Assembly (NCBI GenBank): GCA_003315675.1
Contig: NIZU01000014.1
Location: forward strand, 1 to 55,299
Reading direction: 5' to 3'
Length of the DNA: 55,299 nt
Source of the DNA: Methanocorpusculum sp. MCE
GTDB lineage: Archaea > Halobacteriota > Methanomicrobia > Methanomicrobiales > Methanocorpusculaceae
Shown here: positions 10,020-21,340 of the stretch, piece after piece
Numbering within the stretch: the stretch's first letter is position 1
Layout: each line of letters begins with the position of its first letter
Notes under the pieces: generated by a model
Seen by the model: the letters and a program-made list of their open reading frames with translations, nothing else
Databases searched by the model: none
What the model was told of the DNA's origin: nothing
Program-made: the position numbers and the translations under genes

Positions 10020-10584
10020 GCGGGCTGTCCCGCAGGGGCGGCCTTAGCGGAGGCGGGTTGGACGCTGAAAGCGGACGACCTCAGCCGAGCAAGTCGATAG
10101 ACTTGCGACCAAATCTTTGATTTGCGACTGTGTTTTTAGCTTTGGTGTATTGGATCCTTTTTTGATGAGCGTATTCATCACACGAAATTCACGAAAATGA
10201 AAACGAAAACACGAAAATGAATTAGATTGGGTGGGTGGGATACATGAGGTTTCCTCCCCCGTCCCCCACACGAAAACCACAAATTCGCAAACCTTCGGTT
10301 TGCTCGGCTAAGGTCGTCGACTTCGTCGCCAACCCGCCAACGAAATTCACGAAAAGGGGGACAGGGGCGGAGGAATAGAAGACCTTCTGTTTTCAAAAGA
10401 GTAGAGCGGGCATCTCTTTTCTGATTTCGGGCTGTGGGGAGTGACTGCGGGTCGGAGACGTAGTCGACGACCTTAGCTGCGGCGGGCTGCACCGAATGGC
10501 GGCTTCAGCCAAGCAAGTCGATAGACTTGCGAGCAAATCTCTGATTTGCGATCCGGTGCGGAGCCCGACGCGGTGGAGATATCC
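10020..10584 (-). repeat. Left composite repeat arm of the CRISPR-Cas island (B hairpins, C block, partial A4 at 10553-10584)
   Basis: 10278-10370 is the reverse complement of 19639-19731 with 2 mismatches; similarity extends ~10153-10375 vs ~19625-19860; 10020-10127 is an inverted relative of 45705-45880. Confidence 0.88.
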
Positions 10585-10654
10585 AATTTCTGGGGCCCCA
10601 TACGTTTCCACGTGGTTCACCGGCTGGGAGAACTACGCGGGTGACTCAGCGATT

Positions 10655-10881
10655 CTTTTGATCCACGTGCCCACGGGGGGCACGACGTGGGTAACGGTGC
10701 CTACACATCCTCCGTCCTATTTCAATCCACGTGCCAGCAGGGGGCACGACTATATAGTCGAGAAGATCCGTAAGGAAGGCATTGTATTTCAATCCACGTG
10801 CCCGCGGGGGGCACGACCGGGATACCCTCGCCCGCCAGCATCCCCTCTCATTTCAATCCACGTGCCAGCAGGGGGCACGAC
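10655..10881 (-). CRISPR. Type I-C mini-array: 4 repeats (32 bp), 3 spacers (32, 35, 32 bp)
   Basis: Repeats at 10655, 10719, 10786, 10850; minus-strand consensus GTCGTGCC(N7)GGCACGTGGATTGAAAT with a hairpin and ATTGAAAT 3' end; distal repeat 10655 degenerate; AT-rich flank 10882-10975. Confidence 0.93.
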
Positions 10882-10975
10882 TCATATGTTTTTGCCTATG
10901 TATTCAACTGGGATCAAAAATTTATTCTTATTTTCATAATCGGAAAAAAAAGATTTGACCCTGTTATTTTTCTAC

Positions 10976-11899
10976 TTACCTTCCCTCGAAAATTACTGGT
11001 TTCAATCCCTCTAATTCATCAATTACAATTGAATAATCATCAGCAGAAGATGGTATCTCAGTATTCTTTTCTACTTTTAATGTCCTATGAACCTTTGCTG
11101 AAGAATACTGTCCACTCTTCGAGTTATGTTTCCACCATACTACTTTGACAACCTCCATACTTCCTTCCGGGCGGGCGGAAGAGGCATCATTCTCAAACAA
11201 AGTCTTCAATGCCTCCTGCATAAGCTTGGCATCATCTTCTGAGAACCCTGTTTTTTCTGCAAGCTGACAATTTATACTGCCGTAAAACACATACAAACCA
11301 AAATCGATACGGTGTTTCATGCACATGGTATCAGAACCACGCTTATATTTATTATTTTCCTCCGTTTCACCATTCACGCTTTTTACGATCTGCTGAGAGG
11401 TAATTTCCACAGTATCTACGCTGAATGCCGGGTGAACTGAAACCGGGCCGCGGATTCAGATTGAGACGCCCACCTCATCTCCGTCTTCGGATTCAGTATC
11501 ACTCGTTGGCGCTTTCTTACCTTTTTTACTACCTTTCTTCCCCTTGTAGGCAAAGACCTGGCCGAAACTTCGGACATCTATCCACTCTTTGCAGGCAATT
11601 CTTTCGGCATCATCCTTATTTTTCTCAGATAATGCCTTCTTGAAGGCATCACAGCAATCTGACCGATCCTTCAAACTCAGGAAAGAATCTGTTCTGCGGT
11701 CCAGAGACTGAACAAAAATGGGTTGTCCCATATCCTGTAACCGGTTTCTCAGTTTCCGCTTGATGCAGACATCGGACATTTCGCCGATCCCGGCGAAGTT
11801 TGTACGCGGACAGTTGCCATTCAAAGGATCTCCGTTCGGATTCGCATCCTTTGCCGAAATAACTACTGCAAAATCAATTTTGTTGTTAAGTGCTGTCAT
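10976..11899 (-). pseudogene. cas7: Cas7 (type I-C, Csd2) with in-frame TGA at 11456-11458
   Basis: ANPNGDPLNGN.PR, SDVCIKRKLRNRLQ, DVRSFGQVFA, GVSI*IRGPVS, ENDASSARPEGSM; both ORF parts are in one frame. Confidence 0.9.
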
Positions 11900-11900
11900 G

Positions 11901-13850
11901 TTAATTACCTCCATTTGTAGAATCATCGTCAGTTATCTGTTCCGCCTCAAGTCTGGCCGTTTTCTTTGCTATCGCTTCTTTTCTCTCCTTATCGAACTGA
12001 GTCAGCTGGCTCTGGTAGCCAAGCAGATAGATGGGAGTGAGCGCCTCATCCGAAAAGCCGTCCGGCTGGATTTTAAACTGGTCAAGTATCGCATTCATGT
12101 CTGCTTCAAGTCTGTTCCCGAGCGAATTCGGGCTTGTAGTTCGAAACTTAGCCATATAAGGTAGAAGTTTTTCATAGAGCTTTTCCCATGTTTCAGCCGG
12201 ATGCTGGCGGAATCTTGGAATCATCCGCTCGGCATTTGTTTGCCGATAACCATTTCCGCTGCTTTTTATCGAAAATTCTTCGATCGTTCGTGCATACGCG
12301 AGTAACCTGCCAAACAGATAATTCCGGTCGGTTTGCATTATGTCTAAATCCATTTTCCATACCTCATTGTAATGTTCGAAATCATTTCTTTCATTTTTCT
12401 GGTCATTGTAATACTTTCTGATCAATGCACACGCAATGTTCAGCGTTTTATTCTTTTCCCACTGTTTGTCCGATTTTCCTGCAAGGATCAGTCTTGCCGC
12501 ACGATTGGCGGAGGAATGAACTAAATCATAAGGGATCGGTTTTCCCTCAATAATGCAGGGCATAATCCTCGAAACAGTTGCCTTCTTTATTTTTTTGGTT
12601 GATTCGGTTTCTCTGCCGTAAGCTGCAAAGAAAATATCATTCGGCGTCGGAACCCCGGTAATTGCTATACTTTCCCCCTCTTTTTCTCCATTATTTTTCT
12701 TTACATAATAGATCGGATACCATTTTGTTGTCTGATACCAGTGACAAATACGTTTCAGAAATTCCGAACCTGCCAACTACTGATAATAGGTAATGGAAAG
12801 ACGCCCTTTTGCTCCATTCGTGGATTCAAGACCCATGACCACGACACTCGAGTCTGGAGTAAGAGACTGGGAATAGCCGGAAAGAGCTTTGATCATACGT
12901 CGTGCAAATCCTTCGGCAGTATCCGGAAGTTGTTCATCTGCCGTGAGATTTGCATAAACATCATCTGGATCCCAGATCGCAGGGATCGGCTGATCTTTGG
13001 TTCCCCAAACGACAAATACCTGATCTCCATTTTTATACCCCTGTTTGTCTATCAGCCATTTCAAAGCTTTATGTGCCTTTTGCGAGACATCGTAACTGAG
13101 ACATAATGCCTCATCTCTTGTGGCGAACCGTCCGCGGAAAGTAAAATTCGATTCATCAGTTCCAGAGATAAGATATGCTCCATCACCTGGTCTGCGAACA
13201 GAACGTGGACTTAGACGGGACACAGGGAGAGATTTTCCCGATGCATAACAGAGGGACTGAGGGCCTTTGCCAATCACCGAATTCAGATAATACGCAATAT
13301 ATCTGTTACGAAGGGAGACATCTTTCCATCCTTCCTGGACATCGCCTTCATAGATATTAAATCTCACATAGAAATTCTGAGGACTACTCTCCATTTTTTC
13401 GTTGAGTAAGTGTGCATTCCTGAGGTCAGAAATGATCGTCCCTTTTTTCACATACCTTAAAATTGCCTGAGCTTTGGGGTGGGAATATTCCGATTCACAC
13501 CAGTCTTCAAGCTGAATCAGATATTTCTCAAAAAAATTTCCATCATTCTTCTTTGTATCTTGGAAATCTGGAGCAAGATACTTAAGATTATCAAATAACG
13601 GATGAGGGGTATTCCCACTACTGCGTGCTTCCGACTCCATAGTACAGGGAATAATGATAGTCTTTGTCTCTTTCGGCGGGTCTATCGATGCAGACTAAAA
13701 AGTACCATCCTCATCGATCGTTATCTCGATCTGAGTTTTTTGCGCGGTATGTCCAATTGGCAAAAGCGGCGCGTTGCCATTTGCATTGTCGATACCTACG
13801 GCATTTCCACTGTTCTCATATGTCTCGTAGAGTTTGGTTATCCAGGTCAT
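11901..13850 (-). pseudogene. cas8c: Cas8c (Csd1) with in-frame TAG at 13695-13697 and 12777-12779
   Basis: MTWITKLYETYE start, PHPLFDNLKYLA, SQKAHKALKWLI, GRLSITYYQ*L, DRNYLFGRLLA, YLLGYQSQ; single frame 13850-11901. Confidence 0.9.
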
Positions 13851-14560
13851 ATCTCCTCTGCCAACTCCTGGACCGACTGAAGATTATCTTCGATCGTAAA
13901 TCTCTTCAGGCTGTAGTTTTTAATTTCCAGGGTAAATGTGCATTCACCTGGTGAAATGAAATTGATGACACCCCTCTTCATAACCGGATTCCAGAATCTG
14001 GCAATAAGTTTCCCATTCCCGCCTTCATCGGGATAAGTGAAGCCGTGGAACATTGTGCCAAAAGCGAGTTAGGAACAATCACCATATGCTCCCGGATCCC
14101 CGCCGAATGTGCATGGTTCAACATACCCCTGACATTCCCGTGTTCCAAGAAAAATATCGCGTCTGCCGCCTTTTTCTATCATTCTTTTTGCAATAGAATG
14201 ATGTTTGTTTTCATCTCTGTCTTTTTCAAGTTCCGGCCTATCGTAATTCCAGTCAAAGTGTGCCCTAACCTGATATCTTACATCAGTAAGATATGTGTAG
14301 ATCGCAAGGTCATTTTCGCTGGATGTGTATTTGATTGGGCGTATCCCTTTTGACTGAGTTTGGATCTGATTCATCACACGTACCGAGTCAATATACCACA
14401 CAAAGGTGGGTTTCCAGTACACGCTTTCTAAAATCCCTTTCAATGCCTGATAGGTCGGGATCTGATAGGTGAATTTCTCCCCGCCAACACGTGTGAGCGG
14501 ATCTGAAAATAGAGCCAGCTTGCCGTAAACCTGAAACTCGACGGTGTTTCTAAATATCAC
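13847..14560 (-). pseudogene. cas5: Cas5 (type I-C, Cas5d) with in-frame TAA at 14069-14071
   Basis: [68 protein letters not shown] in the same frame. Confidence 0.9.
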
Positions 14561-14588
14561 GTTTCCTTCTCTCCTCCTTAGAGTAAGC

Positions 14589-17062
14589 TTAAAAAATTAA
14601 TTCTGCATCGCTTGAGGAGATCACGCCGTAATCTTCGACATAGGAAATCGACGAGGTGTTGAGAGTGTAGGATCCTGTATCCCCAATAGGCGATATATCT
14701 CCCTTAGTGAGTAATTGCTCCAAATCACCATAAAGGTTTACTGAATACTGCTGAGCTTTCTTTAAAAGTCGGAGTTTTACCGTATATGATGCTTTATTCC
14801 CAAGTTCCATGATGATAGCTTTTCCTTCATCATAGGGCACAATTACGGTTGTTGTGTTCTGATCAATCACCTCAAAAAGTTTTCCGGCAGTAGAAAAAGC
14901 CTGACAAAGATAATAGGGTGACTGACGGGTCTGCAGGTGCTGATCTGTATTGTATGCCTGAATGCTTTTCTCGTTTACAGATAGAAGTTCAAATATTGAT
15001 CGACCAAGCGGAAGATCCATTTGTTTTTTGCTTATCATCTCTTTGGTAATGGGATATCCCATTTCCCCATCCCGAGAGGTAAAATACTTTTGATAATAGG
15101 TATCGATCATCTTCGGGGATAGGATATCATTATCGAATCCCGCAGGATTTTTGGCAAAATCATTCATAACATGCTCTGCACTTTTTTTCCCGAGGTCAAT
15201 ATCTTTGAGTCCAGAGAGTTTTTCATCACAACTGTTTACGATGAATACATCCCGGTATTGGACATCACCGTTCCGATTGCATCTTCCTGCCGCCTGAGCA
15301 ATACTATCAATTCCGGCAGCAGATCGAATAACGCAATCAAAGGAGATGTCCACCCGGCTTCTATCAACTGTGTGCTTACGCAGATCATCAGGTGATTTTT
15401 TTTCTTAAGATCGTCTTTTATCATCTCCAGGCGTTTACGACGATGTGCCGGGCATAAATTGGTACTTAAATAATAGAGAGAAATATCTTTGTAGGTGGTG
15501 AAATCTGATAATTTTTTCGCAGATAGATGAGCATAGAGCTTTTTCACTGCAGTTTTCGTATTGAGAATGACCAGAATCTTCTCATTATTCTCTAGCTTAT
15601 CTTCCACAAATTCCGCAAGTTCTGGGGCAGAGTATCCATTCTGCAAACGTTCATCACAGACATTGGTTCTCCGAAACTTGCCGAAATCGACTGATACCAT
15701 ATCGGCAGGAGCCAACAGGCGTATCGGGGGATTGACTTTATCAAATTTCGGTTGTGTCGCGGTGCAGAGGATGATCGTAGTTCCGCATATTTCTGAGAGG
15801 AAATTCAGAGCTGCATTAAACATGCGAAGACATTTTACCGGAATCGTCTGGACTTCATCAAAAATTATAATACTGTTTGCGAGATTGTGCATCCTTCTGA
15901 CCGAACCCGCTTTTCCGAGAAACAAGGTATTGAGCATCTGGACTGTTGTTGTGAGAATGATGGGAGAATCCCATCTCTCGGTAAGCAGACGATAGTTTCT
16001 TCCTTCATCAGCGCCGGTTATACTTTCATCGGTTTCATCAAGCGGATCTTCGTAGACCTGATTCGAATGATGTTCCAGAATCAAATCATCTTCACGGAGA
16101 GCATCGCGAATAACATTTGCATTCTGATCAATGATCGTAGTAAATGGAATAACGTAGAATATCCTTTCTTTGTTCCATTCTGCGGCATGAGCCAAAGCAT
16201 AACGCAGACTTGAGAGAGTTTTTCCGCCGCCGGTCGGAACATTCAGCCGATATATTCCGCCTGATTTTTTCCCGAATGCCTTACAGGAAAGCGAGATTTC
16301 TTTTCTTAATCCGTCAATGCTGCATTTTATGGGTTTATTATCCAAATATTCTTCCAGCTTGTCTGCAAGTATTTCCCATTTCTCCGCGGAGATTTTTTGG
16401 GCGTCTTTGGTGACAATGTTATCTTCAAAACAAAACGAATCGAAACGGTCTGCATCTATAACGAAGCTTAGAAGATACCGGGCCAGCATGCCTCTGGTAA
16501 AGGTGATTTCATCTCAGGATACCTCTGATCTGGCACTGTTTTTTTCATTGAAAACCCTGACTTCATCTGCCGCTTTGTGAAACAGGTCGTCCAGTTTTTC
16601 AGAGGGAGTACATTCATCTCTAAATCCCTGCAGACTCTCTTGATAATAGATTTCATTTTCGGGATTGAGTCTCTTGAAAAATACATCCTGACCGTCCATG
16701 TCGATACAGTCGATCAGGTTGCTGTGGTGAGAACAAATGGTTAATGCAATCAGTTGTGAGGTGTATCTTTCAAATTTGTCGGTTGATTTGCCATATTTCT
16801 CAAAAATATATTTTGCCCCGGCGGTCGAGTGATTTATTTTTCCCCGATAGCGTTTTCTGATCTCCGGATCATCGATTTTCAGATATTCCTGAAACTCCTG
16901 TTTTGCCTTTCCCGTATCATGAAGGAAACCGCATAATGCTGCAAGATTTGGACTGCCGATTCCTTTTCCGTATTCTTTACAGAGTTCGGAGACCGTTGTG
17001 CTGTGTTCTGCTAATGGTTGTTCCAGTTTTGTTTCGTGATCAATATGGGCAAGGTACATCAT
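14589..17062 (-). pseudogene. cas3: Cas3 HD nuclease-helicase, in-frame TGA at 16514-16516 and frameshift near 15352
   Basis: LAH..L.EH, LHDTGK, HH (HD domain); PTGGGKT, DEVQ, TAT, STQLIEAG/VDISFD, QAAGRCNRNG. Confidence 0.92.
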
Positions 17063-17195
17063 TTTTCCAAGTAATATGACTATATCCTGCATAAACGAAG
17101 TACTTTTGCAAAAAGCCACCCCTATCCTTAACGAGACAGGCACCTTTTGTACTTCCCGGGATACTTTGAAGTATTCTCACTCTGTATTATCCATT

Positions 17196-17870
17196 ATGAA
17201 CCCGGACGACTATCTCATGTTAAGCGGGGTACAGCATTACGCCTTCTGTCCGCGTCAGTGGGCACTGATCCACGTAGAACAGCTCTGGGCGGAAAACGCA
17301 CTCACCTTTTCCGGAAAACTCATGCACGACAATGCCGACGATCCCTTTTTCGTGGAGGCGCGGGGCGATACCCTCGTTTCCCGCAGCATTCCGCTCGTAT
17401 CCCACAATCTGAAAATCTATGGGATTGCGGATGTTGTCGAGTTTCACCGTTCGCCATCCGGGGTACGTATTGCAAACAGAGACGGATTTTGGGAGGTCGT
17501 CCCATTGAATACAAACGCGGAAAGAAAAAAGCGGATGACTGCGATGAGGTCCAGCTCTGCTGTCAGGCGATCTGCCTTGAAGAAATGTACGGGACAAATA
17601 TCCCTGCGGGTTATCTGTATTACGGAAAAACCCGACACCGAATAGAGGTGATCTTTGACGAAGAATTACGGGAACGTGTCGTGTCTCTTATTCGGGAAAT
17701 GTATGCACTCTACAAAAATGGGATCACGCCCGCTGCTGAACTGAAAAAGCAGTGTGATAGTTGTTCGATCCGGGATCTTTGCGTTCCAACCATATCTTCA
17801 CGAAAAAAAATCAGTCGACCGGTATCTTGATTCGGTAATACAGGGATATTCTCATGAGAAAACTACGTAA
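17196..17870 (+). pseudogene. cas4: Cas4 with frameshifts near 17500 and 17808
   Basis: LSGVQHYAFCPRQWALIHVEQ, GIADVVEF, then IEYKRGK..QLCCQAICLEEM..CDSCSIRDLC in another frame. Confidence 0.9.
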
Positions 17871-18888
17871 TGTTTTGTATGTGACAAATCCCACGTCCTA
17901 TCTTTCACGGGACGGGGAAAGTATCGTTGTATCTGTTGAAAACCAGGAGCTTGCCAGAGTTCCGATCCGTAATCTGGAAGGGGTCGTTTGTTTCGGGTTT
18001 ATGGGAGCAAGTCCCGGAATGATGGCGCTCTGCACGGAAAATGATGTGGGACTGTGTTTTGTTTCGCCCTATGGAAAATTTATGGCACGGGTCGGCGGCA
18101 AGGTTTCGGGAAATGTGCTGCTCAGGAAACGTCAGTACGCCGTTTCGGATGATGAAACGGCATCATGAAAGATCGCAGCATACTGTATTCTTGGAAAATT
18201 GATGAACTGCTGGACGGTTCTCCAGCGATTTTCCCGTGATTATCCTGATATGGTTTCAAAGGAGTTTGAAGTGAATTTCAAACAGTTGTCCGAGGGTATT
18301 GTACAAATAAAAGCCGGAACATGTGGTTCGCTGAATGAGCTGAGAGGCTTCTAGGGGATCTTGTCGAAGTATTATTTTGATAGTTTTGCTGATCTGATTT
18401 TGTCAACGGAGCCTGAGTTTTCTTTTGAAAATCGGTCCAGGCGTCCGCCTCTGGATAGAGTGAATGCTTTGCTTTCATTTTCCTATACGCTGATCGCCGC
18501 CGATTGTGCGTCGGCTCTGGAGTCGGTAGGTCTTGATCCGCAGGTCGGGTTTCTGCATCGTGTTCGTCCCGGAAGACCGAGTCTGGCTCTTGATCTGATG
18601 GAGGAGTTCCGTCCGTATCTTGGAGACCGGTTTGTGCTGAGTCTCGTGAATAATCGGGTGGTGACGGCAGGTGATTTCGCGGTGAAGGAGAACGGAGCGG
18701 TTTTGCTGACCGATGATGCCCGAAAGACCGTTCTGCATGCATGGCAGAAGCGAAAGAAGGAGGAGGTGATGCACGGGTATCTGGAAGATAGGATGCCGGT
18801 GGGTCTTTTGCCCTATGCCCAGGCGATGCTTCTCGCCCGTTTTCTCCGGGGAGATATTGACGGGCATCCGCCGTTTGTGGTGAGGTGA
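17854..18888 (+). pseudogene. cas1: Cas1 (type I-C) with in-frame TGA 18166-18168 and TAG 18352-18354
   Basis: LYVTNP..YLSRDGE, GNVLLRKRQY, LRGF*G, RRPPLDRVNALLSFSY, GFLH..RPGRPSLALDLMEEFR. Confidence 0.93.
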
Positions 18889-18891
18889 AGG

Positions 18892-19182
18892 ATGCTTGTT
18901 TTGGTTACGTATGATGTGAACACGGAGACACTCGAAGGAAGACGAAGGCTTCGCCAGGTGGCACGGATCTGTAAAAATTACGGGGTCAGGGTGCAGAATT
19001 CGGTGTTTGAGTGCGTGGTGGATTCAGTGCAGCTGATGGAGCTGAAGTTCAAGATAGGAGAGGTTATCAATTCTGAGACGGATAGTGTTAGATATTATAA
19101 TCTCGGAAAGCAGGGCAGGGATCATGTTGAGCATGTGGTCGCAAAGCCGGGTTTGAATGTGGATGATGCGCTGATTTTTTAG
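18892..19182 (+). CDS. cas2: Cas2
   Basis: MLVLVTYDVNT..GRRRLRQVARIC..YGVRVQNSVFEC. Confidence 0.95.
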   Translation: MLVLVTYDVNTETLEGRRRLRQVARICKNYGVRVQNSVFECVVDSVQLMELKFKIGEVINSETDSVRYYNLGKQGRDHVEHVVAKPGLNVDDALIF

Positions 19183-19400
19183 ATTCTTTTTTTCGCGAAG
19201 GTGTTGTGCCCATGTTTTTTTTCCGGGGGGTTTGCGATGTCTGCATTTTTTGGTTTGTTTTTTTGTGTGGGGGATTTCTGATTTATTTCCATATGAAAAC
19301 CCATATTTGCGTGTGGAATATTTTTCAGAGGGGGAAGGGAGAGGATTATATGCGTGGGGTTATAGTATATTAGATTTAGAGTCGTGCCCCTCGTGGGCAC
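19183..19400 (+). CRISPR. Putative CRISPR leader followed by a single truncated repeat (19381-19400)
   Basis: T-rich ~200-bp region after cas2, then gtcgtgcccctcgtgggcac, the first 20 nt of the I-C repeat; no spacers follow. Confidence 0.7.
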
Positions 19401-19502
19401 TCACATCATTTTTATATCTTGTATCTCAACTCAAACCTTACACGAAATCGATGAACATCCCAAAATTTTGATACCTTCCTCTTTTCCAGAATCCAATATT
19501 TA

Positions 19503-20030
19503 GGATATCTCCACCGCGTCGGGCTCCTCGCCGGAGTCGCCCTCCCGCACCTCAAGTCAAGAAATTCGTGTTAAAATTATCTCATATCTCCACAACAGAC
19601 TAAATCTTCCCAAAAATCTTATGCTCCCCTTCCCTCTCCCGCCCCTGTCCCCATTTTCGTGAATTTCGTTGGCGGGGTGGCGACGAAGTCGACGACCTTA
19701 GCCGAGCAAACCGAAGGTTTGCGAATTTGTGCTTTTTGGTGTTGGGGGACGGGGGAGGGTAAGATATGGGTCAACACCCAGCAGATTTTCCTTTTTTCGT
19801 GTTTTCGTGGACGTTTTCGTGAATTTCGTGTGATGGATGCGCCAATCAAAAAAAAGAATCCCGTACACCAAATCGTTGACACATTTCGAAGATTACTATA
19901 TTTCCACCGCGTCTGGCTCGCAAATCAGAGATTTGCTCAGCTAAGATCGCCGGCTATGCCGTCGATCCGCCTCCGCGCCGGATCGCAAACCGAAGGTTTG
20001 CTCAAGGCTCACGTCGCTTACGCTCCCCTC
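19503..20030 (+). repeat. Right composite repeat arm of the CRISPR-Cas island (A5 19503-19551, B/C modules, degenerate A6 ~19898-19919)
   Basis: ggatatctccaccgcgtcgggctcctcgccggagtcgccctcccgcacc; B hairpins 19706, 19920, 19985; C block 19795-19835; inverted to the left arm. Confidence 0.88.
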
Positions 20031-21340
20031 GCCAGTCCCTGAACCCCGGCGGCAAAGAAGATACCGACAAGCAGCAGGTACACGGGAAGTCTCGCTCCGC
20101 AGGACATAAACGGCGTGATCATGATCGTCAGGAACCTTTCACGCTTTGTTTCCAGGGTTCGGGTTGCCATGATCGCCGGCACACTACACCCGAATCCGAG
20201 GATCATCGGAATAAAGGATTTTCCGTGCAGACCCAGTTTATGCATGACCCGGTCCATAATCACGGCAACTCTTGCGAGATATCCCGAATCCTCGAGGATC
20301 GCAAGAAGCAGGAACAGCAGGAAGATATTCGGCAGGAAGATCACAACCGACCCGACTCCGCCGATGACTCCGTCACACATCAGAGAGGAGACCCAGTCCG
20401 GAGCCGCGATCCCGGCAAGACCTGCCGACGCAAACTCGGCAAGCAGCCCGAAACCTTCCTCGATCAGATCCATAATCGGAGCGCCGATGGTGAATACGAT
20501 CTAGAAAATCAGATACATCACGACAAGAAAGATCGGAAACCCGAACCATCTGTTGGTTATGATTTTGTCGATCCGCTCGGACTGGTTTTTGCCGCCCGCT
20601 TCCATATGATCCACAGACTCGTGCAGAATCCCGGCGATGAACCCATCCCGCTGATCCGAAAAAATCTCTCCGGGCTGCGTTCCGTAGATGCTCGAGATGT
20701 GGCAACTGATCATTTCTACTTCGGGTTCAGCAGAGCCGTGAATGAGGGCCTGGATTGCAGACCAGCGCGATCCGGTGATCGCGGTCACTTCACGAATATG
20801 TTCCTCGAGTTCGTGATCATACCTGGTGCCCATCGCGGAGGGGGCAGGCTGTGAAAGGATCGCTTTGATGAGATCGTCCTTTCCGGTCTCATCGATTGCT
20901 TCGATCCGGACGACCGGGACACCGAGCATCTTTGAAAGATGCTTGGTATCGATCACGAGACCCTCCGCATCAGCATACCGGTTCATATTCAATGCAAGGA
21001 CGAGGGGAACGCCAAGCTCGATCAGCTGAAGGGTTACATAGAGATTCCTCTCCAGATGTGCGGCATCCACGATGTTGACGACTACATCCGGTTTTTCGTT
21101 CAGGAGATAACTGACCGCGATCTCTTCTTCGAGCGATCTCCCGCTCAGACTGTAGGTTCCCGGAAGATCGACGATATCGAGGGTCGTATCGTCATAGATG
21201 ATCTTCCCCTCTTTCTTTTCGACCGTGACGGTCTTACCCGGCCAGTTTCCCACTTGATGGCGCAACCCGGTCAGGTTGTTGAAAAGCGTGGTCTTACCGC
21301 AGTTCGGATTTCCGGCTAATGCAACTGTGATCTTTTTCAT
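20018..21340 (-). pseudogene. feoB: Ferrous iron transporter B, in-frame TAG at 20501-20503 and C-terminally truncated
   Basis: [53 protein letters not shown]; homology ends at ~20031 against the repeat arm (~440 codons only). Confidence 0.88.

Noticed and set aside
10600..10631. Possible fifth, highly degenerate CRISPR repeat (tccacgtg core)
   Set aside because: Only about 8 nt match and the implied spacer (23 nt) is off-period.
10818..10849. Spacer 3 resembles cas4 at ~17365-17397 (gataccctcg...cagcat)
   Set aside because: The match needs gaps, the PAM-proximal seed does not match and there is no TTC PAM; likely chance.
10496..10939. 147-aa ORF with repeated IHVP.GGTT
   Set aside because: It is a translation of the repeat arm and CRISPR repeats.
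19619..20042. Short ORFs sharing peptides such as KSTTLAEQTEGL or RRGAARGGDI across repeat clusters
   Set aside because: The shared peptides arise from the DNA repeats; frames, starts and strands are inconsistent between copies.
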